A stretch of 64,000 bases of DNA, from positions 1-64,000 of the forward strand of contig JBOFFP010000001.1 of the NCBI GenBank assembly GCA_051648645.1. The letters are read 5' to 3'. The notes beneath the pieces are model-generated. The model did no database searches. It was not told the origin of the DNA and was given only the letters and a program-made list of their open reading frames with translations. Position 1 is the first letter of the stretch, and every line of letters starts with the position of its first letter. The translations under genes and the position numbers were made by a program. Below are positions 18,258 through 28,222 of this stretch, piece by piece. Source of the stretch: Candidatus Rhabdochlamydia sp. (GTDB lineage Bacteria > Chlamydiota > Chlamydiia > Chlamydiales > Rhabdochlamydiaceae).

Positions 18258-18307
18258 TAGTTGCAAACATCATAAACTTTAAGCTTTTGACGTTTAGAGA
18301 GTTTTAT

Positions 18308-19597
18308 ATGAAAAGTGCTCTTATCTTAGGACTGGGAAAAAGTGGCAGAGCCGCTGCAGAATTACTTTTATTGCACAATCAAAGCGTTTGGGCTTTCGAT
18401 GATTATTTAGGTGCCTCTGAAGAAGTTATGCGCTTAGAGAAAATGGGATTGCAGCGCATTTCTGATCCTAGATCTATTTGCTGGGAAGAAATAGATCGAT
18501 GCATTATTTCACCAGGGATTGATCCTGGACATGCAATCTATGCTTCTGCAAAAGAAAAGGCTATTTCTATTATTACTGAGATAGAAATAGCCTTACCGTT
18601 TATTGCAGAGTCTCTGATAGCAGTGACTGGAACCAATGGCAAAACCACTGTGACTCTACTAATAGAGCATGTTCTCAATGCCAGTGGCATTTGTGCAAAA
18701 GCTGTTGGAAATGTGGGCATGCCTCTATGCGCCTATGTGCTTGCATCTAAAAAAGCAGAGGTTCTTGTAGTTGAACTGAGTTCTTTCCAGCTAGAAACTC
18801 TGGATTCTTCTGTGTTTGATCAAGCGATTATCCTAAATATTACACCAGATCATTTAGATCGTTATCCTAATATGCAAGCCTATGCCAATGCAAAATTGCG
18901 TTTGCAAAATTGTGTAAAAGAGAAAGGTTCTTTGTTTATAAATGAAAAAGTGGTGGAACAATTTGGATGTCTTTTTGGAGAAAAAGAGTATAAAACATTT
19001 GGTTTGTACCAAAAAGATCTTGAGGGTTTTTCATCGTTGCTATATAGAGAATGTGCAGAGCATGAAAGAGAAAATACATTAGCAGCTTGGGCTCTTTGTA
19101 AACCTTTTGGTATTTCCAATACACAATTTGCGCAAGCTTTAACCTCATTTTGTAGACCTCCACATCGACTAGAATACATAGCTTCTATTGATGAAGTTGA
19201 TTATTATGACGATAGTAAGGGTACAAATATAGATGCAGTTATTTGCGCTGTGCGTACGATGCAAGGGAAAGTTGTACTGATTGCCGGAGGGATTGATAAA
19301 GGAGGCTCATATATAGCCTGGAGAAAGCCTTTTTTGGGAAAAGTAAAACAAGTGATAGCAATTGGCCTAGCAGCAAAAAAAATACAACAAGAACTAGATC
19401 CTTTTATTCCGGTTGTATGCACGGACTCCATGCAATCAGCAGTGGTTATGGCAAAAGAGTTTGCTAAGAAAAAAGAGTGTGTCTTACTTTCGCCAGGATG
19501 TGCAAGTTTTGATATGTTTTGTGACTATGCTCATAGAGGAAGGGAGTTTCAGTATCAAGTGCGCTTATTAAGAGGTGGGGAGAGTTATGAGTCGTAA
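18308..19597 (+). CDS. murD: UDP-MurNAc-L-Ala--D-Glu ligase
   Basis: GLGKSG, SPGI, VTGTNGKTT, ELSSFQL, DHLDRY, DDSKGTN, LLSPGCASFD; ATG 18308 preferred. Confidence 0.96.
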   Translation: MKSALILGLGKSGRAAAELLLLHNQSVWAFDDYLGASEEVMRLEKMGLQRISDPRSICWEEIDRCIISPGIDPGHAIYASAKEKAISIITEIEIALPFIAESLIAVTGTNGKTTVTLLIEHVLNASGICAKAVGNVGMPLCAYVLASKKAEVLVVELSSFQLETLDSSVFDQAIILNITPDHLDRYPNMQAYANAKLRLQNCVKEKGSLFINEKVVEQFGCLFGEKEYKTFGLYQKDLEGFSSLLYRECAEHERENTLAAWALCKPFGISNTQFAQALTSFCRPPHRLEYIASIDEVDYYDDSKGTNIDAVICAVRTMQGKVVLIAGGIDKGGSYIAWRKPFLGKVKQVIAIGLAAKKIQQELDPFIPVVCTDSMQSAVVMAKEFAKKKECVLLSPGCASFDMFCDYAHRGREFQYQVRLLRGGESYES

Positions 19598-20252
19598 AGA
19601 TACCATTATTATCGCTGTATTGGTTAATGCAGGGTTATTAATCATTTTATTTGCCAGTGCTTTAAAACCTTCTATGCACCACGATACGTGCTATCAAACA
19701 ATGGCACCGCTCAATCCGGTTGTTGATATTTCCCCAAAAAAGGAAGTAGTTGTACAGAAAGGAGATGCTGTAGATCATGCCTTAGAGCAGTTTGCTAAAC
19801 AACATTTGAGTACTAATGTAGAACAACCTATAGCCATACAAAATTCCATTTCCATAGAGGAACCTCTTAAGTTAATACAAGCGCCAGTCTTGGAAGCCAA
19901 TACCGAAAAATCGACTGGGTATGTAGAGGTTGCTATAAAAAAAGGGGATGTGCTGGAAAAAATTGCCCGTCAATATCATACGACGGTTCATGAAATTATG
20001 CAGATAAACCAGTTGAATACATCCCATCTGCGCATTGGTCAGATTTTAAAAATTCCTTCTAAAAGTTCCCCTCTTACCGCAAGCCCTGTTTTAGAGATAG
20101 AGGCGCAATATTATATTGTAAAAAAAGGCGATAATCCTTGGACTATTGCCATTAAGAATCATATCAAAGTCGAAGAGCTTTTAAAGCTAAACGAGATGAG
20201 CGAAGAAAAGGCTCGAAAGCTAAAGCCTGGAGATAAATTGCGCATTCGCTAA
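19587..20252 (+). CDS. Membrane-anchored double-LysM protein (chlamydial NlpD-like)
   Basis: MSRKDTIIIAVLVNAGLL TM; two LysM domains (IKKGDVLEKIARQY, VKKGDNPWTIA); between murD and ftsW. Confidence 0.9.
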   Translation: MSRKDTIIIAVLVNAGLLIILFASALKPSMHHDTCYQTMAPLNPVVDISPKKEVVVQKGDAVDHALEQFAKQHLSTNVEQPIAIQNSISIEEPLKLIQAPVLEANTEKSTGYVEVAIKKGDVLEKIARQYHTTVHEIMQINQLNTSHLRIGQILKIPSKSSPLTASPVLEIEAQYYIVKKGDNPWTIAIKNHIKVEELLKLNEMSEEKARKLKPGDKLRIR

Positions 20253-20279
20253 CAGCTTTTTGTTTCAAGGAGCGATTTT

Positions 20280-21374
20280 ATGAATCGTTATGTCTTTATC
20301 ATGCTCAGTGCTATTTCTGTGCTTTTTGTCTTAGGGCTCGTTATGGTTTTTAATACAACTTCTGCACAGATTCTCGATCGTTTTTCTGATCGTAGCGTTT
20401 ATTATGCATTAGTTAGGCAGCTTTTGTATGCAGCTGCAAGTGCAATAGGTGTAATTGCTATTTGGGCAGTAGGTTATCGATCTCTTTTGGCTTTTAGTCC
20501 ATTTCTGCTCTTTTTAGGAATCATAGGTTTAATTCTAGTTCTCTTATTTGGACCTAAAATTAATGGGGCTCATCGTTGGATTAGTCTGTTTGGTAATTCA
20601 TTGCAACCTTCAGAATTTGTTAAATATGTCATTCCTTTATATTACATTCATACAGTTACTAAACAAAAAAGTTCCTTAGGTTGGGTACAGTTTTTGCATT
20701 TATTGGGTATTATTTGTATCCCATTAGGTTTAATTTTAGTTGAACCAGATAATGGAACAGTGGCTATTATTCTTTTTGCTTTAATTGTTTTGTTTATCTT
20801 GAGTCGAATCAAATGGATGTATTGGGCTTTACCTTTAGCCATTATTTGTTGTACAGGAGCTATAGTTGCTTCTCAAATGCCTCATGTATCAGATAGACTA
20901 AAGGTTTATTTGCATCCAGAATATGATCTTAAAGGTAAGGGACATCAGCCTTACCAGGCAAGAATTGCAGCCGGTTCTGGTAGATTATTTGGTAGGGGTA
21001 TAGGTGAGAGTTTACAAAAATTAGAGTACCTTCCAGAGGCTAGATGTGATTACATTGCAGCTATTTTTGCAGAGGAGTGTGGCTTTATGGGAATGTGCAT
21101 TCTCATTTTGCTTTATACCATGGTCGCTTTTTGCGGTTTTACAATCGCACTACAAGTAAAGGAAATAGGTGGATTTTATCTCGTTGCTAGTTTTACCTTT
21201 CTGATTTGTTTTCAGGCTTTTTTGAATTTAGGCATAGTTTCAGGATTATTACCTAGTAAGGGGACAAATCTACCTTTTTTTAGCCAAGGAGGATCTTCTT
21301 TAATTGCAAATATGCTTGCATTAACGGTTATTGTCAAAGTAGCAGAAGAATCTAAACAACACGTAAAAACATGA
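20280..21374 (+). CDS. ftsW: SEDS family peptidoglycan glycosyltransferase FtsW
   Basis: INGAHRWI, QPSEFVK, EPDNGT, LPEARCDYI, LPFFSQGGSS; precedes murG. Confidence 0.94.
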   Translation: MNRYVFIMLSAISVLFVLGLVMVFNTTSAQILDRFSDRSVYYALVRQLLYAAASAIGVIAIWAVGYRSLLAFSPFLLFLGIIGLILVLLFGPKINGAHRWISLFGNSLQPSEFVKYVIPLYYIHTVTKQKSSLGWVQFLHLLGIICIPLGLILVEPDNGTVAIILFALIVLFILSRIKWMYWALPLAIICCTGAIVASQMPHVSDRLKVYLHPEYDLKGKGHQPYQARIAAGSGRLFGRGIGESLQKLEYLPEARCDYIAAIFAEECGFMGMCILILLYTMVAFCGFTIALQVKEIGGFYLVASFTFLICFQAFLNLGIVSGLLPSKGTNLPFFSQGGSSLIANMLALTVIVKVAEESKQHVKT

Positions 21375-22456
21375 TAATTAAAAAAAAAGTAATCATTGCT
21401 GCTGGGGGAACAGGCGGGCATCTTTTGCCTGCACAAGAAATTGCGAGGAAGCTTCAACAGAAAAATATAGACGTTCTATTTATCGGAGCAGGATTAAAAG
21501 ACAATGCCTACTTTGATCGTGAGAATTTTCGATTTAATGAAGTTGTAGCTAAAACACCTTTTCAGAAAGACTTAACCACGTGCTTGAAAGCTTTATACAT
21601 TTTGTTCAAAGGAATCAAGCAAAGCTGTTTTTTTCTAAAAAATTTTAAACCTGATCTTATCATTGGTTTTGGTAGTTTTCATGCTTTTCCCATTTTATGG
21701 GCAGCAAAATGGCAAAAAAGACCTTTTATGTTGTTTGAATCGAATACAGTAGCAGGAAAAGTGACAAAGCTTTTTTCTTCGTTTGCTGTTCACACCGCAA
21801 TTCATCTTCCTCTTGTGAAAAAAATCAAGGGTAATCTGATAGAAGTGAATTGGCCTCTAAGAGAAAAACAGCCTGTTCTGTCACAAAAAATAGCAAGAGA
21901 AAAACTTCAATTAGCTCCTGAGCGTTTTACTTTATTGATTTTTGGAGGCTCTCAAGGTGCATCTGCTATTAATAACGCAGTTCTTGGCATTTGTGAACAA
22001 TTACTTGTTAAAGGTGTGTCTTTTCAGATTATACATTTAACTGGTAAGTCCAAATCCATTGAAGTAGAGCAATTCTGCAAAAAGCATAACATACCTGCAT
22101 TGATTAAATCTTTTGAACAAGATATGAGCCGAATTTTTTATGCTGCAGACGTAGCTCTTTGTAGGTCAGGTGCTGCTACAATAGCAGAATTAATTCACTA
22201 TCAATTGCCTGCCATACTCATCCCTTACCCTTATGCAACAGAGCAACATCAAAGAGAAAATGCTCTGTTTCTTGAGCGGTTATCCGCAGCTTATGTAGTA
22301 GAAGAAGGGGCTAATATGCAACCACTAATCATCAAAATTTTGGATGCATTCTGTAAAGAGTCGGAAATAGGAGAGCAAATGCGTTCTTCCTTGCAACTCC
22401 TAGGAAGTAAAAAAAGAGAAATGAGTGATGTCATCATAGAGGCCTTAAATGGATAA
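21371..22456 (+). CDS. murG: Lipid II GlcNAc transferase
   Basis: GGTGGH, GGSQGA, RSGAATIAEL, HQRENA. Confidence 0.96.
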   Translation: MIIKKKVIIAAGGTGGHLLPAQEIARKLQQKNIDVLFIGAGLKDNAYFDRENFRFNEVVAKTPFQKDLTTCLKALYILFKGIKQSCFFLKNFKPDLIIGFGSFHAFPILWAAKWQKRPFMLFESNTVAGKVTKLFSSFAVHTAIHLPLVKKIKGNLIEVNWPLREKQPVLSQKIAREKLQLAPERFTLLIFGGSQGASAINNAVLGICEQLLVKGVSFQIIHLTGKSKSIEVEQFCKKHNIPALIKSFEQDMSRIFYAADVALCRSGAATIAELIHYQLPAILIPYPYATEQHQRENALFLERLSAAYVVEEGANMQPLIIKILDAFCKESEIGEQMRSSLQLLGSKKREMSDVIIEALNG

Positions 22457-23798
22457 CACGCATTATTATTTTATTGGTATTGGCGGAATTGGAATGAGTG
22501 GTTTAGCATTAATTGCTCTAGAAAAAGGAGCCATTGTTAGCGGGAGTGATACCATGCGTTCTTGTGCCACAGATAGCTTGCAACAAAGAGGAGCTAAGAT
22601 CTTTATTGGGCATAAAAAAGAGCAGATGCCTTTAGATGCCGTTGTTGTTTATAGCAGCGCTATTTCTCCTAATAATCCAGAACTTATGCTTGCAAGAGCT
22701 TATAAGCTTATCATTTTGCATAGAGCTGACCTGCTAGCTTTATTTATGAAGCCTCAAGAAGCGTTACTAGTATCCGGAACTCATGGAAAAACAACAAGCT
22801 CTTCTCTTCTTACTCATGTTTTAGTTCAAAAAGAGATGCAGCCAAGTTTTGCAATAGGTGGGTTTTTATCTGGTTTAAATAGTCATGCAAGCTGTGGAAC
22901 AGGTCGTTATTTTATTGCAGAAGCAGACGAAAGTGATGGATCTTTTTTAAAATATACTCCCTTTGGGGCAATTATCACAAATATCGATCATGACCATCTT
23001 GATTATTGGCAAACAATAGATGGATTAATTGAAGGCTTTAAACGGTTTATTGATTCTATTATCTCTTTAGAACATTTTTTTTGGCATGGGGATAACCCCT
23101 GGTTATCCGAGATCACAACCAAAGGCTATAGTTATGGATTTGACAAAAAAAATGCATTATTTATAGAAAATTACCGCCAGGATCATTGGAAAAATATATT
23201 TACGGTTTGTTTTGAAAATAAACGATATACGGAGATAGAGATCCCCATAATAGGGAGACATAATACACTCAATGCATCTGCAGTATTCGGTCTTTGTCTT
23301 AAATTAGGGATAACAGAGGAAAAAATCCGTGATGCTTTTATGAGCTTTAAGGGAATAAATCGACGTTTAGAATATAAGGGAAAAGCAAAAGGCATCCTTT
23401 TTTACGATGATTATGCTCACCACCCCACGGAGATTCTTACTACTTTACTAGCTATTAAGACAGCAGTAGGGTCTGCAAGAGTGGTTTTAGCTTTTCAGCC
23501 TCATCGGTATTCGCGTACTCTGGCCTGTCTTAGAGAATTCGGCCATGCTTTTAATGCGGCTGACATGGTTATCATTACAGACATTTATGCAGCTGGAGAA
23601 GAACCTATTGAAGAGATCAATGAAGAGCGTTTGTTACATGAAATACAAAAAAAGGCTAAGTGTCCTGTAAACTACGTTTCTCGTAGACAATTAGCAGAGC
23701 AGCTCTCAAAAGTGCTTCGAACAGGAGATTATCTAATAACTATGGGAGCAGGGGATATATCGCAAGTTTCCTATGATGTTATGGAAAATCTCAAATGA
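22449..23798 (+). CDS. murC: UDP-MurNAc--L-alanine ligase (stand-alone, no fused Ddl)
   Basis: GIGGIGMSGLA, GTHGKTTSS, EADESDGSF, DDYAHHPTE, FQPHRYSR; ends at 449 aa. Confidence 0.96.
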   Translation: MDNTHYYFIGIGGIGMSGLALIALEKGAIVSGSDTMRSCATDSLQQRGAKIFIGHKKEQMPLDAVVVYSSAISPNNPELMLARAYKLIILHRADLLALFMKPQEALLVSGTHGKTTSSSLLTHVLVQKEMQPSFAIGGFLSGLNSHASCGTGRYFIAEADESDGSFLKYTPFGAIITNIDHDHLDYWQTIDGLIEGFKRFIDSIISLEHFFWHGDNPWLSEITTKGYSYGFDKKNALFIENYRQDHWKNIFTVCFENKRYTEIEIPIIGRHNTLNASAVFGLCLKLGITEEKIRDAFMSFKGINRRLEYKGKAKGILFYDDYAHHPTEILTTLLAIKTAVGSARVVLAFQPHRYSRTLACLREFGHAFNAADMVIITDIYAAGEEPIEEINEERLLHEIQKKAKCPVNYVSRRQLAEQLSKVLRTGDYLITMGAGDISQVSYDVMENLK

Positions 23799-24724
23799 TA
23801 TCTCGTTTTAAGCTCGCTACTCGTTTACCCCTTTCCTATGCAATTGGTTGGATCATTATTTCTACACTTCTATGCACAGGTGGATCGTTTGCTTATTTAA
23901 AGCAGTATTTAAAACAAAAATATCAAAAAGCATTTAGCTATGAGAACCAGATTCACTCTATTATTCAAACAGGACCCCAAAAAGAAGCTTTGAAAACGGA
24001 GTATTTAGCAGAAATTTTACAAATTTCCCGAGATATTCCAACTAGTGTCATTTTTTTTAATGAGGCGCTGGCTAAACAACGCTTGCTTTCTTCTCCCTTG
24101 ATTGCACAAGCGGAGGTAAAAGTGTTAAAGCCTGCAGCTCTTTATATAGATTATACGATTCGTCAACCAGTTGCATGGGTCGAAGACTATGAAAATGTCG
24201 TAATGGATAAAGCAGGCTATCCATTTCCTTTTTATCCTTTTCTTTCTCCCAAAAATCTACCTTATATCTACTTTGGATTGCCTCCCTTTGGACAAAAATC
24301 CATTGATTCTGATAAACCTCTTGTAAAATGGAAAGAACCTATGACAGGTAATGGTATCAACCTGGCGTTTTCTTTACTGCAGCTAATTAACGAAGCAGGG
24401 TTATCCAACGTAGTGCGGATTGATCTTTCTAAGGCCTTTGCTTCTAGTTGTGGCAAAAGAGAGATTGTCCTGATGGTAGACAATGCTATTGTACAATGGC
24501 AAAATGGGCTAGAACAACACATTATTTTTCCTCATTTGCTTCGTTTAGGCACAAAAAACTATAAGGAACAACTTATTAATTATTTAAACTTAAAAGAAGA
24601 ACTAATTGAGCAAGAAAAGCATGCGCTACTGCAGCACTCGACAAATCAGCCCTTTTTACGATTAAAAGAGAAAGTGATTGATCTACGTTTATCAAAATTA
24701 GCTTTTGTGCAAAGTGCGCCTTAA
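23795..24724 (+). CDS. FtsQ/DivIB-like cell division protein
   Basis: N-terminal TM, POTRA-like LLSSPLIAQAEVKVLKPAALYIDYTIRQPVAW, C-terminal IDLR; last gene of the dcw run. Confidence 0.6.
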   Translation: MISRFKLATRLPLSYAIGWIIISTLLCTGGSFAYLKQYLKQKYQKAFSYENQIHSIIQTGPQKEALKTEYLAEILQISRDIPTSVIFFNEALAKQRLLSSPLIAQAEVKVLKPAALYIDYTIRQPVAWVEDYENVVMDKAGYPFPFYPFLSPKNLPYIYFGLPPFGQKSIDSDKPLVKWKEPMTGNGINLAFSLLQLINEAGLSNVVRIDLSKAFASSCGKREIVLMVDNAIVQWQNGLEQHIIFPHLLRLGTKNYKEQLINYLNLKEELIEQEKHALLQHSTNQPFLRLKEKVIDLRLSKLAFVQSAP

Positions 24725-24760
24725 AATCTCAGAACGATTACAGCTAGCGCTGTTTTGGTT

Positions 24761-24780
24761 CGCCTACTGATTTTTAGGCG
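24761..24780. terminator. Possible terminator hairpin after the dcw operon
   Basis: CGCCTA-N8-TAGGCG; no clean U-tract. Confidence 0.3.
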
Positions 24781-24966
24781 CAGAAGGTTTAATTTGAGCT
24801 ATACTCTTTAATCAGTTAGATTGGCAAGGTTTCAATTTTTTTTTATCTATTAAAAGAGATTCTCTTTTTATTTTTTAGTGATATCTTATTGAAGCTCAAT
24901 TAATATGTTAGCTTGATGTGTTTAGTCAAATTTTTTAAAATATTATCATTAGGAATAATAAAAATT

Positions 24967-25194
24967 ATGAAAGAATTTATCGCTTATATTATTAAAAACA
25001 TAGTTGATTCTCCAGACGATGTAAATATTCAAGTAATTGATAATCAGAAAGAAACAACTGTTGAAGTTAGAGTTTCTGCTAATGATGTAGCCAAAGTAGT
25101 AGGTAGACAAGGGCGTACTATTCGTTCCTTAAGAATCATTGTTGGTGCCATTGGAGCGCGTTTCAATTGTCGTGTACGGGTAGAGGTGCTTTGA
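24967..25194 (+). CDS. KH-domain RNA-binding protein (KhpA/YlqC type)
   Basis: MKEFIAYIIKNIVDSPDDV...DVAKVVGRQGRTIRSLR; ATG 24967 preferred. Confidence 0.9.
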   Translation: MKEFIAYIIKNIVDSPDDVNIQVIDNQKETTVEVRVSANDVAKVVGRQGRTIRSLRIIVGAIGARFNCRVRVEVL

Positions 25195-25301
25195 TTATAG
25201 CTTAACTCTTAAGCTTTTCAAAGAGGCTCTTTTGCATGCTTCCAAAAAAAAAGAGGTATGTTACCCTGAGAGTCATAATATGAGTTAAAAAGAGAGTAGA
25301 C

Positions 25302-26336
25302 GTGGGTACTTCAGGAATTATTTGCGAAGATAAAGAACTTCAACTTTTATTAACGCAGTTTCCCTTGGAACAAGCTCATAAATTGATTCCAAGATCTCAA
25401 AAGAAAAAAGTAATTATTGTTGCAGGACCTACGGGAGTTGGTAAAACAGCATTATCTTTATTAATTGCTAAGGCTATCGGGGGTGAAATTATTTCGGCTG
25501 ATTCCATGCAAGTTTATCGAGGAATGGATATTGGCACCGCTAAAGTTAGTTTAGAAGAAAGAAGCGAGGTCGTCCATCATTTGATTGATAGTCGTAGTTT
25601 AGATGAGACATTTAATGTAGTAGAGTTTTACAAGGAAGCAAATGAAGCAATTAAAGAAATTTTGGATCGAGGAGCTGTACCCATTATAGTTGGTGGAACT
25701 GGTTTTTACATTCATTCTCTAATTTATGGTCCTCCAAGTGGCCCTCCATCTAAACCCGATCTACGGGCGAAAATAGAGGTGGAAATAGACAAATTAGGTA
25801 CTGAGGCTCTTTATGAACGCTTAAAGGCATTGGATCCAGATTATGCAATGACTGTTACATCGAAAGATAGACAAAAAATTGTGCGTGCTTTAGAGATTAT
25901 CTCTGTGACTAAAAATAAAGTGTCAGCGCTGCTACCGGTTATTTCAGAATTATCAGAGATATATGATTTTCGTTGTTGGTTTTTATATATGCCTAAAGAA
26001 ATTTTATACCCCAGAATTGAAAAGAGATGCGATGAAATGCTAGAAAAGGGATTTATTGAAGAGGTAAAGCAGTTAGAATTACAAGGATTGAGCAAAAATC
26101 AAACCGCTTCCCAAGCAATTGGTTATCGTCAATGCTTGAACTATTTACAATCATTTAAAACAAAAGAAGATTTGGAACAATTTATTACACTTTTTAAACA
26201 AGCTTCAAGAAGATATGCTAAAAGACAATTTACCTGGTTTCGTAAGGAGCCTTTATTTCGCTGGTTAAACCTTAATAAAGTTTCAGTAGAAATAGCGGCT
26301 GAAATAATCATTAGAGATTATGAACAAAGCTTTTAA
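25302..26336 (+). CDS. miaA: tRNA dimethylallyltransferase
   Basis: GPTGVGKT, SADSMQVY, VGGTGFY, QAIGY, YAKRQFTWFR. Confidence 0.97.
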   Translation: MGTSGIICEDKELQLLLTQFPLEQAHKLIPRSQKKKVIIVAGPTGVGKTALSLLIAKAIGGEIISADSMQVYRGMDIGTAKVSLEERSEVVHHLIDSRSLDETFNVVEFYKEANEAIKEILDRGAVPIIVGGTGFYIHSLIYGPPSGPPSKPDLRAKIEVEIDKLGTEALYERLKALDPDYAMTVTSKDRQKIVRALEIISVTKNKVSALLPVISELSEIYDFRCWFLYMPKEILYPRIEKRCDEMLEKGFIEEVKQLELQGLSKNQTASQAIGYRQCLNYLQSFKTKEDLEQFITLFKQASRRYAKRQFTWFRKEPLFRWLNLNKVSVEIAAEIIIRDYEQSF

Positions 26337-26391
26337 CTTTTTTGTTTTTGTATATACAAAAAAAAATACTATTAAGCTATTTTGCTATTTT

Positions 26392-26420
26392 TTGCAAAAT
26401 AAATTTGTTAATGATAGGTT
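26392..26420 (+). promoter_or_regulatory. Putative sigma66 promoter
   Basis: TTGCAA-N17-TAGGTT with extended TG. Confidence 0.45.
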
Positions 26421-26512
26421 CATCCTTCACCAAAAAACTAAGATGATTTAGTATTTTTCTGTTTATAACTTTAAAACCAATTTTTCTGAAACAGAACACA
26501 ACCATCAGTACA

Positions 26513-28213
26513 ATGAATTCAGATCACGATATAAAAGGCGAAGCCGGAAAGAACTTCAGCAATGATGTTATTGCTGAACTTACTGCGAAGCAGAAACAAA
26601 GCGAAAAAGATAATTCTCAAGAAGACATGTCTGATGCTTACCCAAACGATATGAAGGAAAAACCTCTTACCCATTCATTAATGGGCTTTCTTGAGCAATT
26701 TAACGGTGAAGCAAATAGTGAAAAAAAGATTCGATTAAGTCTAGAATTTATGCGTCAAGCTTTATCTCAAGGAAGCGCTCCTCGTTTTAAGGATTTCTGG
26801 GAGGTTAGAAAGCTTTGTATTTCTTTATTCAAAGAAGATATGGCTATTTCGATTCGTGCTGATTTATGGAATGCTTATACTGAACTTGCTTCAGAGGCTA
26901 AACAGTTAAAAGAAATTGTGGATCAGCAGTCAGAATTTGCAGTTGAGCAAATTGAATTAGCGATTCAAGCACTAGAAAAAGATGTAGAAAACATGGAGGC
27001 AGTGCTGGAGCAAATTGCAGATATTATACTTCCTGAAGAATGTTTTTCTCTGCAAAAAAATAGAGCATTATATGCTGATACTCAACGCGAATTACAGCTA
27101 TTAAATGCTTTGGCTGTAAAAATTAATAGTTTGCGTAAAGAGTTACTTAAAACGGACATGCGCATTCGGATAAAAAATAAATTGCTAGAACGGCTTTCTC
27201 TCTGTGGAAATCAAGTCTTTCCACGAAGGAAAGAGTTAATTAAGCAAATTTCTGAGCAGTTTAGTCAAGATATAGAATATTTTGTCCAATCTCAGTTTCA
27301 TGAAGGAGAGGCAAAACAGCTTCCAGGTTATGTTTTGAGAGAAGAAATTAAGCATTTACAACAAATTGCTAAAGTATTGACTGTGAATACCCATGTTTTT
27401 ACTGAAACACGTGTTAAGTTAAGCGCTTGTTGGGATGAGATTAAAAATTATGAAAAAGAAAGAAAAAAAGAAACTCAAGAAAAAAAACTGCTTTTTAAGC
27501 AAGGTTTTGACCTAGTGGCAGAAAAAATCCAAGTATTTGCAGATTGTAGTAATGAAGATACATCACTTCAAGAATGCGATCAACAAATGACGGAAATTTT
27601 AGCCTTTATGAGAACCGTGCAATTAGGACGAGAAGAAGTGCAAGCACTCAAAGAGCAATTATACAATGTAAAAAAGCCTATTTTAGAAAAAGCTCGTGAG
27701 GCAGAAAAAATACACGCACAAAAACTGCAAGAAAAAGAACAAGAGAAGAAAGATCGTTTAGAAAAAATGATCTATGACTTGAAGAATTTAATACAGCAAG
27801 CCAGTGACTTAAGTCTTGAACAATTAATCTCGCAGAATAAGATTTTGGAGAAAGTTTTTGAGCAAAATCAGTGGAAACAAGCTGAAAGGCAAATGTTAGA
27901 TCGTCTTTTTAAGCAGATTAAAGATCTGGTTAATGACAGTAAAGAAAAAGCCTTGATGTTGCTCTCAGAAGACGATCAAAAGGCACTGGAACAATTACAC
28001 ATTGTTCTTTTTGAAAAGAAAAATAGACGCAAAGAATTAAAAGAACAGCTCGAACAATACCGTAAACTGCTGGGAGGTTCCGGTCTTGACTTTGAAAAAA
28101 CAATGATGTATAGAGATCTTATGGAAACCGATAAAAAGGTTTTAGATAAAATCAATAGTTCGATTGTAGACATAAAGAAGAAAATAAAAAAGATAGCGGA
28201 GATGGAGATTTGA
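26513..28213 (+). CDS. Conserved chlamydial coiled-coil hypothetical protein (CT768-like by position)
   Basis: 566 aa, helical and E/K/Q-rich; lies between miaA and rsfS as in Chlamydia. Confidence 0.7.
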   Translation: MNSDHDIKGEAGKNFSNDVIAELTAKQKQSEKDNSQEDMSDAYPNDMKEKPLTHSLMGFLEQFNGEANSEKKIRLSLEFMRQALSQGSAPRFKDFWEVRKLCISLFKEDMAISIRADLWNAYTELASEAKQLKEIVDQQSEFAVEQIELAIQALEKDVENMEAVLEQIADIILPEECFSLQKNRALYADTQRELQLLNALAVKINSLRKELLKTDMRIRIKNKLLERLSLCGNQVFPRRKELIKQISEQFSQDIEYFVQSQFHEGEAKQLPGYVLREEIKHLQQIAKVLTVNTHVFTETRVKLSACWDEIKNYEKERKKETQEKKLLFKQGFDLVAEKIQVFADCSNEDTSLQECDQQMTEILAFMRTVQLGREEVQALKEQLYNVKKPILEKAREAEKIHAQKLQEKEQEKKDRLEKMIYDLKNLIQQASDLSLEQLISQNKILEKVFEQNQWKQAERQMLDRLFKQIKDLVNDSKEKALMLLSEDDQKALEQLHIVLFEKKNRRKELKEQLEQYRKLLGGSGLDFEKTMMYRDLMETDKKVLDKINSSIVDIKKKIKKIAEMEI

Positions 28214-28222
28214 TAGAAGTCA

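Noticed and set aside
24725..24900. Possible ncRNA in the gap after the FtsQ-like gene
   Set aside because: Only one short hairpin and no recognisable RNA family; cannot be supported without a covariance search.
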